Assembly (NCBI GenBank): GCA_964016885.1
Contig: OZ024743.1
Coordinates: forward strand, 1,488,001 to 1,552,000
Source: Eledone cirrhosa
Taxonomy: Eukaryota
DNA: 64,000 bases
Direction: 5' to 3'
The notes beneath the pieces were generated by a model. It did not search any database. It was given only the letters and a program-made list of their open reading frames with translations, and was not told where the DNA came from. This document shows positions 1 through 55,386 of this stretch, in pieces; within the stretch, counting starts at the first letter, position 1; each line of letters opens with the position of its first letter. A program made the position numbers and the translations under genes.

Positions 1-161
1 ATCGATCCCAGTACGTTACTGGTGCTTTATTTTATCGACCCCGTAAGGATGAAAGGTAAAGCTAACCTCGGCGGGATTTGAACTCAGGCCGTAAATGGCC
101 GTAACTCTATGCTACAAGTTATGGTCTCCGACTCTCTACCGATACTGCCAATCCACCGCCC
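1..161 (-). mobile_element. tRNA-derived SINE with Meta-type core
   Basis: A-box TGGCAGTATCGG, B-box GAGTTCAAATCC, core CATCCTTACGGGGTCGATAAAATAAAG(T/C)ACCAG. Confidence 0.8.
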
Positions 162-338
162 TTATCTCCGTATAAAATAATAAAAAATTAAGTTTGCTTG
201 ATAGTCTTGTTAGATTTAATTCATGGAAAGTAGAATTACATACATTGATATCTTTGAAGGGTTTAAGTATCGAATATCTAAATAATGATTTCAAAGGAAA
301 ACAAAACATTTCTTTCTAATTATATTTTGTGAAAAGCT

Positions 339-344
339 TTTATT
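339..344 (-). promoter_or_regulatory. Candidate polyadenylation signal AATAAA
   Basis: About 80 nt after the proposed stop; the AT-rich context makes a chance match possible. Confidence 0.4.
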
Positions 345-422
345 TCAAATATGTTCAGCAAATATGTTCAGCTTTTCTAACATAAAGCGAAAGTTGAAGC
401 ATTTTTTCCAGACCAGTTTCAT

Positions 423-43148
<42,726 letters not shown>

Positions 43149-43609
43149 CTGAAATTTAGATTGAAGAAAATATATCAATTGGTATTATATATAAATATTA
43201 GGGTGGTGGATTGGCAGTATAGGTAGAGCGTCAGACAACATTCATTGTGATATAGCCCCTAAGGATATATGACCGTGTTACCAGGTAGTGGTAATACTGT
43301 CTTCCGGTACACGGCAGTGGTATGATTCGACATTTACGAGTGGTCTTGTCTACTTTTTCTCTCCCAATGGATTATATTCCCGCCGATTCTATTCGGTTAT
43401 TTTATAATTAGCACAGATGCAGTTAACTATATAAATATATATTGACATTGCACTCAGTGCTCCTGTGGGAGCCCCTACGAGGACACACTGGAAGAGGAAG
43501 ACCAAGGTTAACGTATGTTGATGCCCTAAGGACAGACACTGGTCTATTGGAGACGCAGGACATGGTAGAAATTATAGCAGTTAACTATATAAATATATAT
43601 ATATATATA

Positions 43610-44400
43610 TACTAGCAGAATGGCCCGGCGTTGCTCGGGATTTGCTACAGGGTTCTTATATATTTTATATATATTTATCCTTATCGAACCTCGTGAAATA
43701 AATACGTTTGTTTATATTTTGTTATTGTGTATGCAAAAATATCTGTCCATAAATATATAATTATATATATTTATATATTAAAATAACAGACTAAAGTTTA
43801 AGCAAAGAATCACTGCTTTCACCCTTAACGGGATATTCTACCTAAAAGCAGTATGAAGTACATACACTAAGACTAATTGATGTAATCTTTGGACTTGTTT
43901 GTTTATATTTTGTTTTTGTGTATGCAAAAATATGTGTACACGAATATCTATATTAAAATAACATATTAATGTTTAAGCAAAGAATCGCTGCTTTCAACCT
44001 TAACGGGATCTTCTTAAACTAAAAAAATCAATCTGGAAAACAGGAAGACGATACTTTGGTTCGTGAAGACGTTCCCTAGCATAAGAATATATACACACAC
44101 ACACACTGATCGCGTCATAATGACGTAATGCAGACAGTCAGGCATACAGACAGATATTATGAAGGCGCGACGTCATATCTATGTATCTATCTAAAAAGAG
44201 AAAGACTAAGAGAAAGAGAAAGAGATCGCTAAATCGCCTAATGCGGTCCCTAGGGCATTGAAAATTTGATATTCTTTTTGCTCAAAACACTTCCGGGGTC
44301 ATACGAGTTACATGTATAAAGTTTGAAAAAAACCGGTTGGGTACTTCTCGAGTTTTAGGGAAACAGACACACAGACATCCTCTATTTTATATATATAGAT
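43610..44400 (+). mobile_element. Non-autonomous Helentron/HINE (DINE-1-like) element
   Basis: One end reads TACTAGC...CCCGGCGTTGCTCGGG (hairpin); the other reads ACAGACACACAGACA...TTTTATATATATAGAT. Confidence 0.6.
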
Positions 44401-44615
44401 ATATATATATTAATGACGTATTATATTCGTTTTTTCCCGTTCTTTGCCAGGGAACGTTTCCACGAACTAAAGTTTCGTCTTCCTGTCTTCCTCCGGTTGC
44501 AACGTTTTTTGAAATATCCACTATCTGCGTTTACAGATTGACTTTGTTAGTTTCAGAAGATCCCGTTAAGGGTGAAAGCAGCGATTCTTTGCTTAAACTT
44601 TAATCTGTTATTTTA

Positions 44616-44618
<3 letters not shown>

Positions 44619-44709
<91 letters not shown>
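44619..44709. repeat. (TA)n at the PLE 3' junction (likely target site)
   Basis: Direct reading. Confidence 0.9.
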
Positions 44710-44712
<3 letters not shown>

Positions 44713-44897
44713 GATAAATCTACCAAGAGTTTACGGTAGTGTCCAATCCGTATGAAGAACTCAATGTATTCCGGATATCATGGAAAGAAGAGATGTAATG
44801 AAAATCCACTTTCGGTGAAAGATAAACGGTATACAGAGTCAAGATAAAATATTAAACAAATAATGAACAAACAATTCCTTATATTAAACAAAAAAAG

Positions 44898-45052
44898 TTC
44901 ACTATTTAACGATCGTTTCTAGGGTATATATGTGTTATAATTGGTATGCATATTCAACAGATCTATGTACAAAATTATACAAAATTATACAAATTATCAA
45001 GATTAAATATACATACCTAACACATATATACGCCGTCTTCAGAAATAATGAA
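44898..45052 (-). ncRNA. Type I hammerhead ribozyme with 116-nt stem II (PLE pLTR, copy 1)
   Basis: UUCAUUAUUU-CUGAAGA-[long hairpin]-GAAA-CGAUCG-UU-AAAUAGUGAA: 10-bp stem I, intact core, palindromic stem III. Confidence 0.8.
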
Positions 45053-45649
45053 GTATATTTATTGATAATAACAACAATTCAAAATATCAGTTCAAAATTG
45101 ACCAATGAAAACACAAAGGGTTAAAAAGCAGTTTGGTGTGTGTATATACATGTAAAATCCTTACACATATTTTACAATAATGTGTGTATAATTTGTATGT
45201 GCATACTAAAAAGATGGATGCAAACACAAAATTTCAAGGTTAATATCTCTGTAAGCTTAATGCGCTGATAAGATGCGCAATGATACTTATGGAGTCAAGC
45301 ATATAAATATATTTTTTTCATACTCACACATATCAGTATAATCACACATACATGCGCGTATATGCATAAATATACACATAACCACGAACATACAAACACA
45401 CACACTCCCCCACTCACATTTATATATGTGGATATAAAATCATAAGCAAATAGAAATTAAGTCACTCACATAAAACACTGGCACACACATTTCAAGATCA
45501 AGATACAGAAATTAGGTGGGAGGGGGGGGAGGGGTCAGTATTAGATTGTCAGAGCAGACTGCCTAATATAAATGTATCTATAAATTAAGAAAAATAAAAA
45601 AATAAAAACAATAAAATATAATAAATATAATATAATGTACATACACATA

Positions 45650-45877
45650 CAGATATACATACACATACATACATGTACGCGCACATAGAGATATTTACGC
45701 ATACACACATACACACATACGTATACAGTCATACACACACATACACTTACACGAACATACACATACACATATAAAAAGATATATATACACACACACACAC
45801 ACACGCGCAACACATACACACATACACATATATATAAAAAATAGATAATAAAGATATATATCCATATATATATATAT

Positions 45878-45926
<49 letters not shown>

Positions 45927-46020
45927 CATACATATATATACACATACATACCCATACATCTAAATATACATACACATACATACACACATACATGTATATA
46001 CATGTACATACATATACGCA

Positions 46021-46085
<65 letters not shown>

Positions 46086-46425
46086 TCACATAGACATAAA
46101 GATACATACACACACAACTTACATACACACGCATATATATATATATACATATATATAGATGTACCTTCATACATAGAATTAGATATATAATCATACATAC
46201 ATATGCACCTACTTATACTCATACAAATAAATACATACGCTTACATATATGTGTATACACATAAAAAACAATACCACCTCACCAAACTCAGACATACAAA
46301 TGAAAATAATAATAAAAAAACGCATATGTATATACATACACACACGCATTAATAGAGATATATATATATACACACATACATACACACACATATATATACA
46401 TACACACACATATACATACACATAC

Positions 46426-46478
<53 letters not shown>

Positions 46479-46485
46479 TAGACTC

Positions 46486-46516
<31 letters not shown>

Positions 46517-46794
46517 AACATATATATCCACACACTCATACCACCATAAATACACATACAAACACCCACATGTATATATATATATATATATATCCACATA
46601 CACACACGTATACATATATATATATACACATACACACATACATATATATATATACACACACATAAAAAACAGACATGCACATATATATATATATATATAT
46701 ATTTCATTACTCTTATATATACACATAGTATATATACATACACAACCTCACTTATACACATATACACATAAGTTATATTACAATAATAATAAAG

Positions 46795-46841
<47 letters not shown>

Positions 46842-46951
46842 CATATATACATATATATACATACATACATACACATACATACATACACATAAACATATAC
46901 ATACATAAATACACACATACGAATAAAGACATATATTCACACATAGACACC

Positions 46952-46982
<31 letters not shown>

Positions 46983-46983
46983 C

Positions 46984-47033
<50 letters not shown>

Positions 47034-47570
47034 CACACACACACACACACACAGACACACATACACACTCACATATATATATATATATATGTGTATGTGA
47101 GTGTGCGCACATACACATATATACACACACACATACAAACACACACAAACACATACATATGCATACGTGCACACACACACACATATATCACATAGATACG
47201 AAGATAAACATATAAATAGAGAGACATACAAATATATACACAACACATATACACATATATATATACACGCCTATACATATACATACATATATACACATAT
47301 ATATATTCCTATATACAAGCATACACATACATACACATATATACATATACATACACATATACATACCTCACATTCACATACACATACATATATAATACAT
47401 ATATATACATATATATACATACATATGTATGTACAATCATATATACACACTCAATCTTACATTCATATTTACATGCTCATATATGTATTTTTATATTTAG
47501 AAATAAATACCAAAACCTATATAGACACCTACCTACATATATATTCATACATATACGCTTACAAATACAG
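45650..47570. repeat. Compound (TA)/(CA) microsatellite block inside the PLE 3' region (also ~52290-54200 and ~61445-63350)
   Basis: The same irregular block is present in all three copies, with small run-length differences. Confidence 0.9.
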
Positions 47571-48753
47571 ATGATAATAGTATGGGGGAAAGGGGGGGTT
47601 TGGAGAAGGGGATCAAAGTAAATATATGTTTCAAGAAACATATAATATTTTCCGTATCTTAATTCAATGTATGTTCTTACATATTTTCAGTGCTAGGAAA
47701 TACGAAATCTATGCATCTCAAAATAAATAAGTATACCATTAATCATATGTTAACTAAACCAAAGATAGTCAACATATTGATTTCTAAGGTATAAATTAGT
47801 TAGGTTTATAATATTTGAAGCAGAATTATGAAGTCAAACAGTAGTAGATTATTAATTACATTATAACTAAATTAAAGTTAATAACGTTATGGTATCAATA
47901 TTAGGAGATGAATTTAGTAATAGGGAAAAGAAACCCAAATAAAAATAAAATAAAGTATTACATCGGTAGTAGCATATAAATTATATGTTAACTAAATTAA
48001 AAATTATATATTTATTTCAATAGTATACGTTAATTAGTATATGTTAATTAGGTATACAATACATAAAGCAGATATTGTATTTCATCAATAGCATAATATA
48101 ATTATATGCAAATAAAAATCAAAATTAATACGCATACATATACATATACATACACATACACATATACATACATATACACACATATATATATATATATACA
48201 CATATATACACATATATACATATATACACACATAAACATACATACAGATACACATACACAACACACACATATACATATACATATACATATACATATCTTT
48301 TTCAAAAAATTGCACAGAATATATTAACTAGGTATATATCCAAAACACATCCCATTCTATGATTACATGACATTCTGCAATTCGTCTGTACAAGGATACT
48401 AATTTTAAGCAAATTAAAATTAAAGTTTTAGGTTGATTAAAACTAAAACCAAATAATAAATATATTTCCAAAATGTATATTAATTAGGTCTATAATACTA
48501 AAAATTCTTTCTCCGTCATTGGATACATGATATTATTTTGTTATATTTTATCTGTAAAAGAATTATAATAAAAAGGTTTAAATAAATTAAAATTAATCTA
48601 TAAATTAAATTACTGAGTATATATTAGTAATATTTAAAGGTTTTTCAAAATTTATGATTACATAATATTTTCTCATCAGTAATAAAATATTAATTAAATT
48701 AAATTTATAGGTTAACTAACATTTAAATTAAATTAATTTCTAGAATAATGTTA

Positions 48754-51195
48754 TTAATTAGGTTTATAATATTTAAATGTTTTTTTTAGTTTATGATTAC
48801 ACGATATAATTAATTCCTGTCGTTTATTTAATAAGATATCCTTAGACTTCATTATTTCAAATAGTTCTTGGGAACATAATCTACATTCCTTTCTATTATT
48901 TTGATAAGGGGTGGCTCTTTTGAGCACACTCCAGGTCAAATCATATTTTATATTTTTATTTTTATAACTATTGATTTTTTCTGCTAGAGATGTTGTATTA
49001 GCCAGTGCGGCATTTTTAAAGCTATGTTTGTGGGTATTATACCTTGTCTTAAAATTGTTAGAGGTAGCTCCTATATATGAGCAAATAGAATCTTTAGTTT
49101 TAACATTACATTTATAGACTATGTTGTTAACAAGACAATTCCCTTTTAATGGGCAGTTTGTTTTGTTTCTACAATTACATCCTTTCGTTAATTCTGTATT
49201 TGAGGAGATATTATTGTTAATTTGATGTACTGGTGGTATACTTATGGTTTTCTTACATTTATATGCATTATATGCACTTATATTTTGTTTTATGTTATTT
49301 GTTGTAGAGTATGAGAATTTAACTGTAGACCTATTTAAGATTTGATGGTATTTGTGGTTTGGCGGGAAGTTTTTCTCAAGGATATAAAAAAATTTTTTAG
49401 CAATATTATCCTTAACTTGTAAATTAAAAGGAGCATTATACCAAGTAACTCGTCTATTACGGTTTCTATGTTGTTTATTATTTTTATTATTTTTATATGT
49501 TGTATCATGATTTTTACTAGGAGGATTAATGTTAATGATCTCACCACAACTATTTTTAGTTATATTTGTAGATTTAGGTGTTTTATCTTTTTTATTAGGA
49601 GTTTTATTATTAATATTTATTATAGTTGTATGATGAGTATTTTTTTGAGGGTTACTATACTTTATATTAGAAGATTTAGTATTTTGGGGTATATTGTGGG
49701 TGGCATTTAGGTGTGTACTTTTCATTTGGTGTTTGTTGGTAATATTATGCTGTATGCTTTCAGTATTTTTAGTAGAAGGTATATACTCTAATCTATTTTT
49801 GTGGCCACTTCTATCTAGAGCTTCATTATAAAAGGTCGCATTTTTATCAAATACATCTTGGTTAGAAGAAAGGTTAGAAATTCTAAGTGATATATTATAT
49901 GCAAGGTTTTTAAGGATAGATTTAGGGTGATTAGATTGTGAGTGTATGTAATGTAAGTTTTGGTTAGGTTTATGGTAAGGTTGGTATATACCCGTAGCTA
50001 AATCTAAAGTTATATCTAGGAAATTTACTACTTTACTTGTTTTTTCAAAAGTAATATTAAGATTATAATAGTCTTTAAGGAAAGTTCTAATATGCTTTTT
50101 GTTTTTTTCGATTTCTGAAAGGCTAAGGTTGTTAGAAAGAAGAAGACAGTCATCACGATATAAACCACCTTTGAGGTGGGGAAAAGAGGCATTTATGTTG
50201 AAAAGGAGAAAGAGGCCCACAAGATCAGTAATTTGGGCGGAATCGCTTGAACCCATAGTAATATCAAAAAGATTACTGTATGTGCTTCTGGTCCAGTATT
50301 CATTCTGAAATTCAATAAGTGTTTGTCTAGCATGTGTAATAATGTTAATGTCATCCGAAGTTAAATTAGATCTATTTTTAGCAAATATTAATGCTTTGTT
50401 CAGGAGTATGGGTGATATAGAAGAATAGTAATTATCTATATCAAATTGTAGGAAAGAAGCAGAAGATTTACACCTAATATTTTTAAACCAATTAATTACC
50501 TGGGAGGTGTTTTCCCAGAGTGGTAAAATAACGTATTTTCTTATTTGTGGGATGACTCTATCTAAAATTTTTTTGCTAATTATTCCAATATCTGATTTGG
50601 AGGGACATATAAGTCTAATAGAAGGATTAGAGTTAAAGTTAGATTTGTGATCTTTCAGGTTGAAGTGTGGTCTTTTCAATGCCAAAGGTTCAGTTCTATC
50701 TTCAATATTTAGTTTTTTTACTATGTTGTGTGTTTTGTTGTTGATGTTGGTGAGTGACACATTATTAGATTTTTTATAATTTTTTCTGAGTTCTTTATAT
50801 ATGAACTCATTATAATGTTCAATATCCATATGATACAAGTTACCAGTTTTGTCCGAGTGGACATGGATTTTTTTAGACTTTTTTAGGTCCAATAGGGTAG
50901 AATCAAGGTCCTTTTGAAAGACGGATTTATACTTTTTAAATTTGAGGTGTTTAATTAAATTAAAAAGGTCTTTCTCGAAGTCTTCAAGTAAAAAGTTGTG
51001 TGGTGGATTCTTGTAAGTATTGAAATCATACATATATTTCCGATCTGCTTGTTTAGATTTTCTATCGAAGTGGTAGGCTCTCCATCTAACCCTTCTGATA
51101 AAATTATTAGTTTTCTGAATCATAAGGAGTAAGAAGTCGTCCTTAGAAGGTATTGGTATGTTTTTTAAGGAGGTTCCTAAATATTGTTTTTCCAT
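48754..51195 (-). CDS. PLE polyprotein copy 1: reverse transcriptase + GIY-YIG endonuclease (813 aa from ATG MEKQ)
   Basis: SDKT motif, FDIDNYY, MGS, YRDD, FLD, CNC..CP..G.C linker, IVY...YIG, CRLC...CNH; no internal stops. Confidence 0.95.
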   Translation of the reverse strand: MEKQYLGTSLKNIPIPSKDDFLLLMIQKTNNFIRRVRWRAYHFDRKSKQADRKYMYDFNTYKNPPHNFLLEDFEKDLFNLIKHLKFKKYKSVFQKDLDSTLLDLKKSKKIHVHSDKTGNLYHMDIEHYNEFIYKELRKNYKKSNNVSLTNINNKTHNIVKKLNIEDRTEPLALKRPHFNLKDHKSNFNSNPSIRLICPSKSDIGIISKKILDRVIPQIRKYVILPLWENTSQVINWFKNIRCKSSASFLQFDIDNYYSSISPILLNKALIFAKNRSNLTSDDINIITHARQTLIEFQNEYWTRSTYSNLFDITMGSSDSAQITDLVGLFLLFNINASFPHLKGGLYRDDCLLLSNNLSLSEIEKNKKHIRTFLKDYYNLNITFEKTSKVVNFLDITLDLATGIYQPYHKPNQNLHYIHSQSNHPKSILKNLAYNISLRISNLSSNQDVFDKNATFYNEALDRSGHKNRLEYIPSTKNTESIQHNITNKHQMKSTHLNATHNIPQNTKSSNIKYSNPQKNTHHTTIININNKTPNKKDKTPKSTNITKNSCGEIININPPSKNHDTTYKNNKNNKQHRNRNRRVTWYNAPFNLQVKDNIAKKFFYILEKNFPPNHKYHQILNRSTVKFSYSTTNNIKQNISAYNAYKCKKTISIPPVHQINNNISSNTELTKGCNCRNKTNCPLKGNCLVNNIVYKCNVKTKDSICSYIGATSNNFKTRYNTHKHSFKNAALANTTSLAEKINSYKNKNIKYDLTWSVLKRATPYQNNRKECRLCSQELFEIMKSKDILLNKRQELIISCNHKLKKTFKYYKPN

Positions 51196-51538
51196 TGTGA
51201 TATGGATGATGGACAATTGAAAGAGCTCAACTAAATGTATATGGGTTTACAAAATCATACATATATATATGTTTATACATAAATATAAAATTAATACACA
51301 CATACAGTACAAAAATACGAATATTTCCGTGAAAATAGGAGCAAAATTATGTAGATAAATCTACCAAGAGTTTACGGTAGTGTCCAATCCGTATGAAGAA
51401 CTCAATGTATTCCGGATATCATGGAAAGAAGAGATGTAATGAAAATCCACTTTCGGTGAAAGATAAACGGTATACAGAGTCAAGATAAAATATTAAACAA
51501 ATAATGAACAAACAATTCCTTATATTAAACAAAAAAAG

Positions 51539-51693
51539 TTCACTATTTAACGATCGTTTCTAGGGTATATATGTGTTATAATTGGTATGCATATTCAACA
51601 GATCTATGTACAAAATTATACAAAATTATACAAATTATCAAGATTAAATATACATACCTAACACATATATACGCCGTCTTCAGAAATAATGAA
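51539..51693 (-). ncRNA. Hammerhead ribozyme, copy 2
   Basis: Same sequence as 44898-45052. Confidence 0.8.
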
Positions 51694-52518
51694 GTATATT
51701 TATTGATAATAACAACAATTCAAAATATCAGTTCAAAATTGACCAATGAAAACACAAAGGGTTAAAAAGCAGTTTGGTGTGTGTATATACATGTAAAATC
51801 CTTACACATATTTTACAATAATGTGTGTATAATTTGTATGTGCATACTAAAAAGATGGATGCAAACACAAAATTTCAAGGTTAATATCTCTGTAAGCTTA
51901 ATGCGCTGATAAGATGCGCAATGATACTTATGGAGTCAAGCATATAAATATATTTTTTTCATACTCACACATATCAGTATAATCACACATACATGCGCGT
52001 ATATGCATAAATATACACATAACCACGAACATACAAACACACACACTCCCCCACTCACATTTATATATGTGGATATAAAATCATAAGCAAATAGAAATTA
52101 AGTCACTCACATAAAACACTGGCACACACATTTCAAGATCAAGATACAGAAATTAGGTGGGAGGGGGGGGAGGGGTCAGTATTAGATTGTCAGAGCAGAC
52201 TGCCTAATATAAATGTATCTATAAATTAAGAAAAATAAAAAAATAAAAACAATAAAATATAATAAATATAATATAATGTACATACACATACAGATATACA
52301 TACACATACATACATGTACGCGCACATAGAGATATTTACGCATACACACATACACACATACGTATACAGTCATACACACACATACACTTACACGAACATA
52401 CACATACACATATAAAAAGATATATATACACACACACACACACACGCGCAACACATACACACATACACATATATATAAAAAATAGATAATAAAGATATAT
52501 ATCCATATATATATATAT

Positions 52519-52567
<49 letters not shown>

Positions 52568-52661
52568 CATACATATATATACACATACATACCCATACAT
52601 CTAAATATACATACACATACATACACACATACATGTATATACATGTACATACATATACGCA

Positions 52662-52720
<59 letters not shown>

Positions 52721-53060
52721 TCACATAGACATAAAGATACATACACACACAACTTACATACACACGCATATATATATATATACATATATATAGATGTACC
52801 TTCATACATAGAATTAGATATATAATCATACATACATATGCACCTACTTATACTCATACAAATAAATACATACGCTTACATATATGTGTATACACATAAA
52901 AAACAATACCACCTCACCAAACTCAGACATACAAATGAAAATAATAATAAAAAAACGCATATGTATATACATACACACACGCATTAATAGAGATATATAT
53001 ATATACACACATACATACACACACATATATATACATACACACACATATACATACACATAC

Positions 53061-53111
<51 letters not shown>

Positions 53112-53118
53112 TAGACTC

Positions 53119-53149
<31 letters not shown>

Positions 53150-53427
53150 AACATATATATCCACACACTCATACCACCATAAATACACATACAAACACCC
53201 ACATGTATATATATATATATATATATCCACATACACACACGTATACATATATATATATACACATACACACATACATATATATATATACACACACATAAAA
53301 AACAGACATGCACATATATATATATATATATATATTTCATTACTCTTATATATACACATAGTATATATACATACACAACCTCACTTATACACATATACAC
53401 ATAAGTTATATTACAATAATAATAAAG

Positions 53428-53474
<47 letters not shown>

Positions 53475-53584
53475 CATATATACATATATATACATACATA
53501 CATACACATACATACATACACATAAACATATACATACATAAATATACACATACGAATAAAGACATATATTCACACATAGACACC

Positions 53585-53615
<31 letters not shown>

Positions 53616-53616
53616 C

Positions 53617-53666
<50 letters not shown>

Positions 53667-55386
53667 CACACACACACACACACACAGACACACATACACA
53701 CTCACATATATATATATATATATGTGTATGTGAGTGTGCGCACATACACATATATACACACACACATACAAACACACACAAACACATACATATGCATACG
53801 TGCACACACACACACATATATCACATAGATACGAAGATAAACATATAAATAGAGAGACATACAAATATATACACAACACATATACACATATATATATACA
53901 CGCCTATACATATACATACATATATACACATATATATATTCCTATATACAAGCATACACATACATACACATATATACATATACATACACATATACATACC
54001 TCACATTCACATACACATACATATATAATACATATATATACATATATATACATACATATGTATGTACAATCATATATACACACTCAATCTTACATTCATA
54101 TTTACATGCTCATATATGTATTTTTATATTTAGAAATAAATACCAAAACCTATATAGACACCTACCTACATATATATTCATACATATACGCTTACAAATA
54201 CAGATGATAATAGTATGGGGGAAAGGGGGGGTTTGGAGAAGGGGATCAAAGTAAATATATGTTTCAAGAAACATATAATATTTTCCGTATCTTAATTCAA
54301 TGTATGTTCTTACATATTTTCAGTGCTAGGAAATACGAAATCTATGCATCTCAAAATAAATAAGTATACCATTAATCATATGTTAACTAAACCAAAGATA
54401 GTCAACATATTGATTTCTAAGGTATAAATTAGTTAGGTTTATAATATTTGAAGCAGAATTATGAAGTCAAACAGTAGTAGATTATTAATTACATTATAAC
54501 TAAATTAAAGTTAATAACGTTATGGTATCAATATTAGGAGATGAATTTAGTAATAGGGAAAAGAAACCCAAATAAAAATAAAATAAAGTATTACATCGGT
54601 AGTAGCATATAAATTATATGTTAACTAAATTAAAAATTATATATTTATTTCAATAGTATACGTTAATTAGTATATGTTAATTAGGTATACAATACATAAA
54701 GCAGATATTGTATTTCATCAATAGCATAATATAATTATATGCAAATAAAAATCAAAATTAATACGCATACATATACATATACATACACATACACATATAC
54801 ATACATATACACACATATATATATATATATACACATATATACACATATATACATATATACACACATAAACATACATACAGATACACATACACAACACACA
54901 CATATACATATACATATACATATACATATCTTTTTCAAAAAATTGCACAGAATATATTAACTAGGTATATATCCAAAACACATCCCATTCTATGATTACA
55001 TGACATTCTGCAATTCGTCTGTACAAGGATACTAATTTTAAGCAAATTAAAATTAAAGTTTTAGGTTGATTAAAACTAAAACCAAATAATAAATATATTT
55101 CCAAAATGTATATTAATTAGGTCTATAATACTAAAAATTCTTTCTCCGTCATTGGATACATGATATTATTTTGTTATATTTTATCTGTAAAAGAATTATA
55201 ATAAAAAGGTTTAAATAAATTAAAATTAATCTATAAATTAAATTACTGAGTATATATTAGTAATATTTAAAGGTTTTTCAAAATTTATGATTACATAATA
55301 TTTTCTCATCAGTAATAAAATATTAATTAAATTAAATTTATAGGTTAACTAACATTTAAATTAAATTAATTTCTAGAATAATGTTA

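Noticed and set aside
45541-47574. Many 60-220 aa ORFs rich in Y/I/C/V/H/T (also near 3.6k, 15.4k, 29.7k, 38k, 52-54k and 61-63k)
   Set aside because: Translations of dinucleotide microsatellites
48754-51216. Selenoprotein recoding, reported for some Naiad PLEs
   Set aside because: The ORF has no in-frame TGA, and AUGA-containing stretches (near 60495 and in the pLTR) lack a convincing SECIS core
51196-51216. ORF-track start (MSIIHIT)
   Set aside because: It is a TTG codon; the first ATG is at 51195 (57828 in copy 2)
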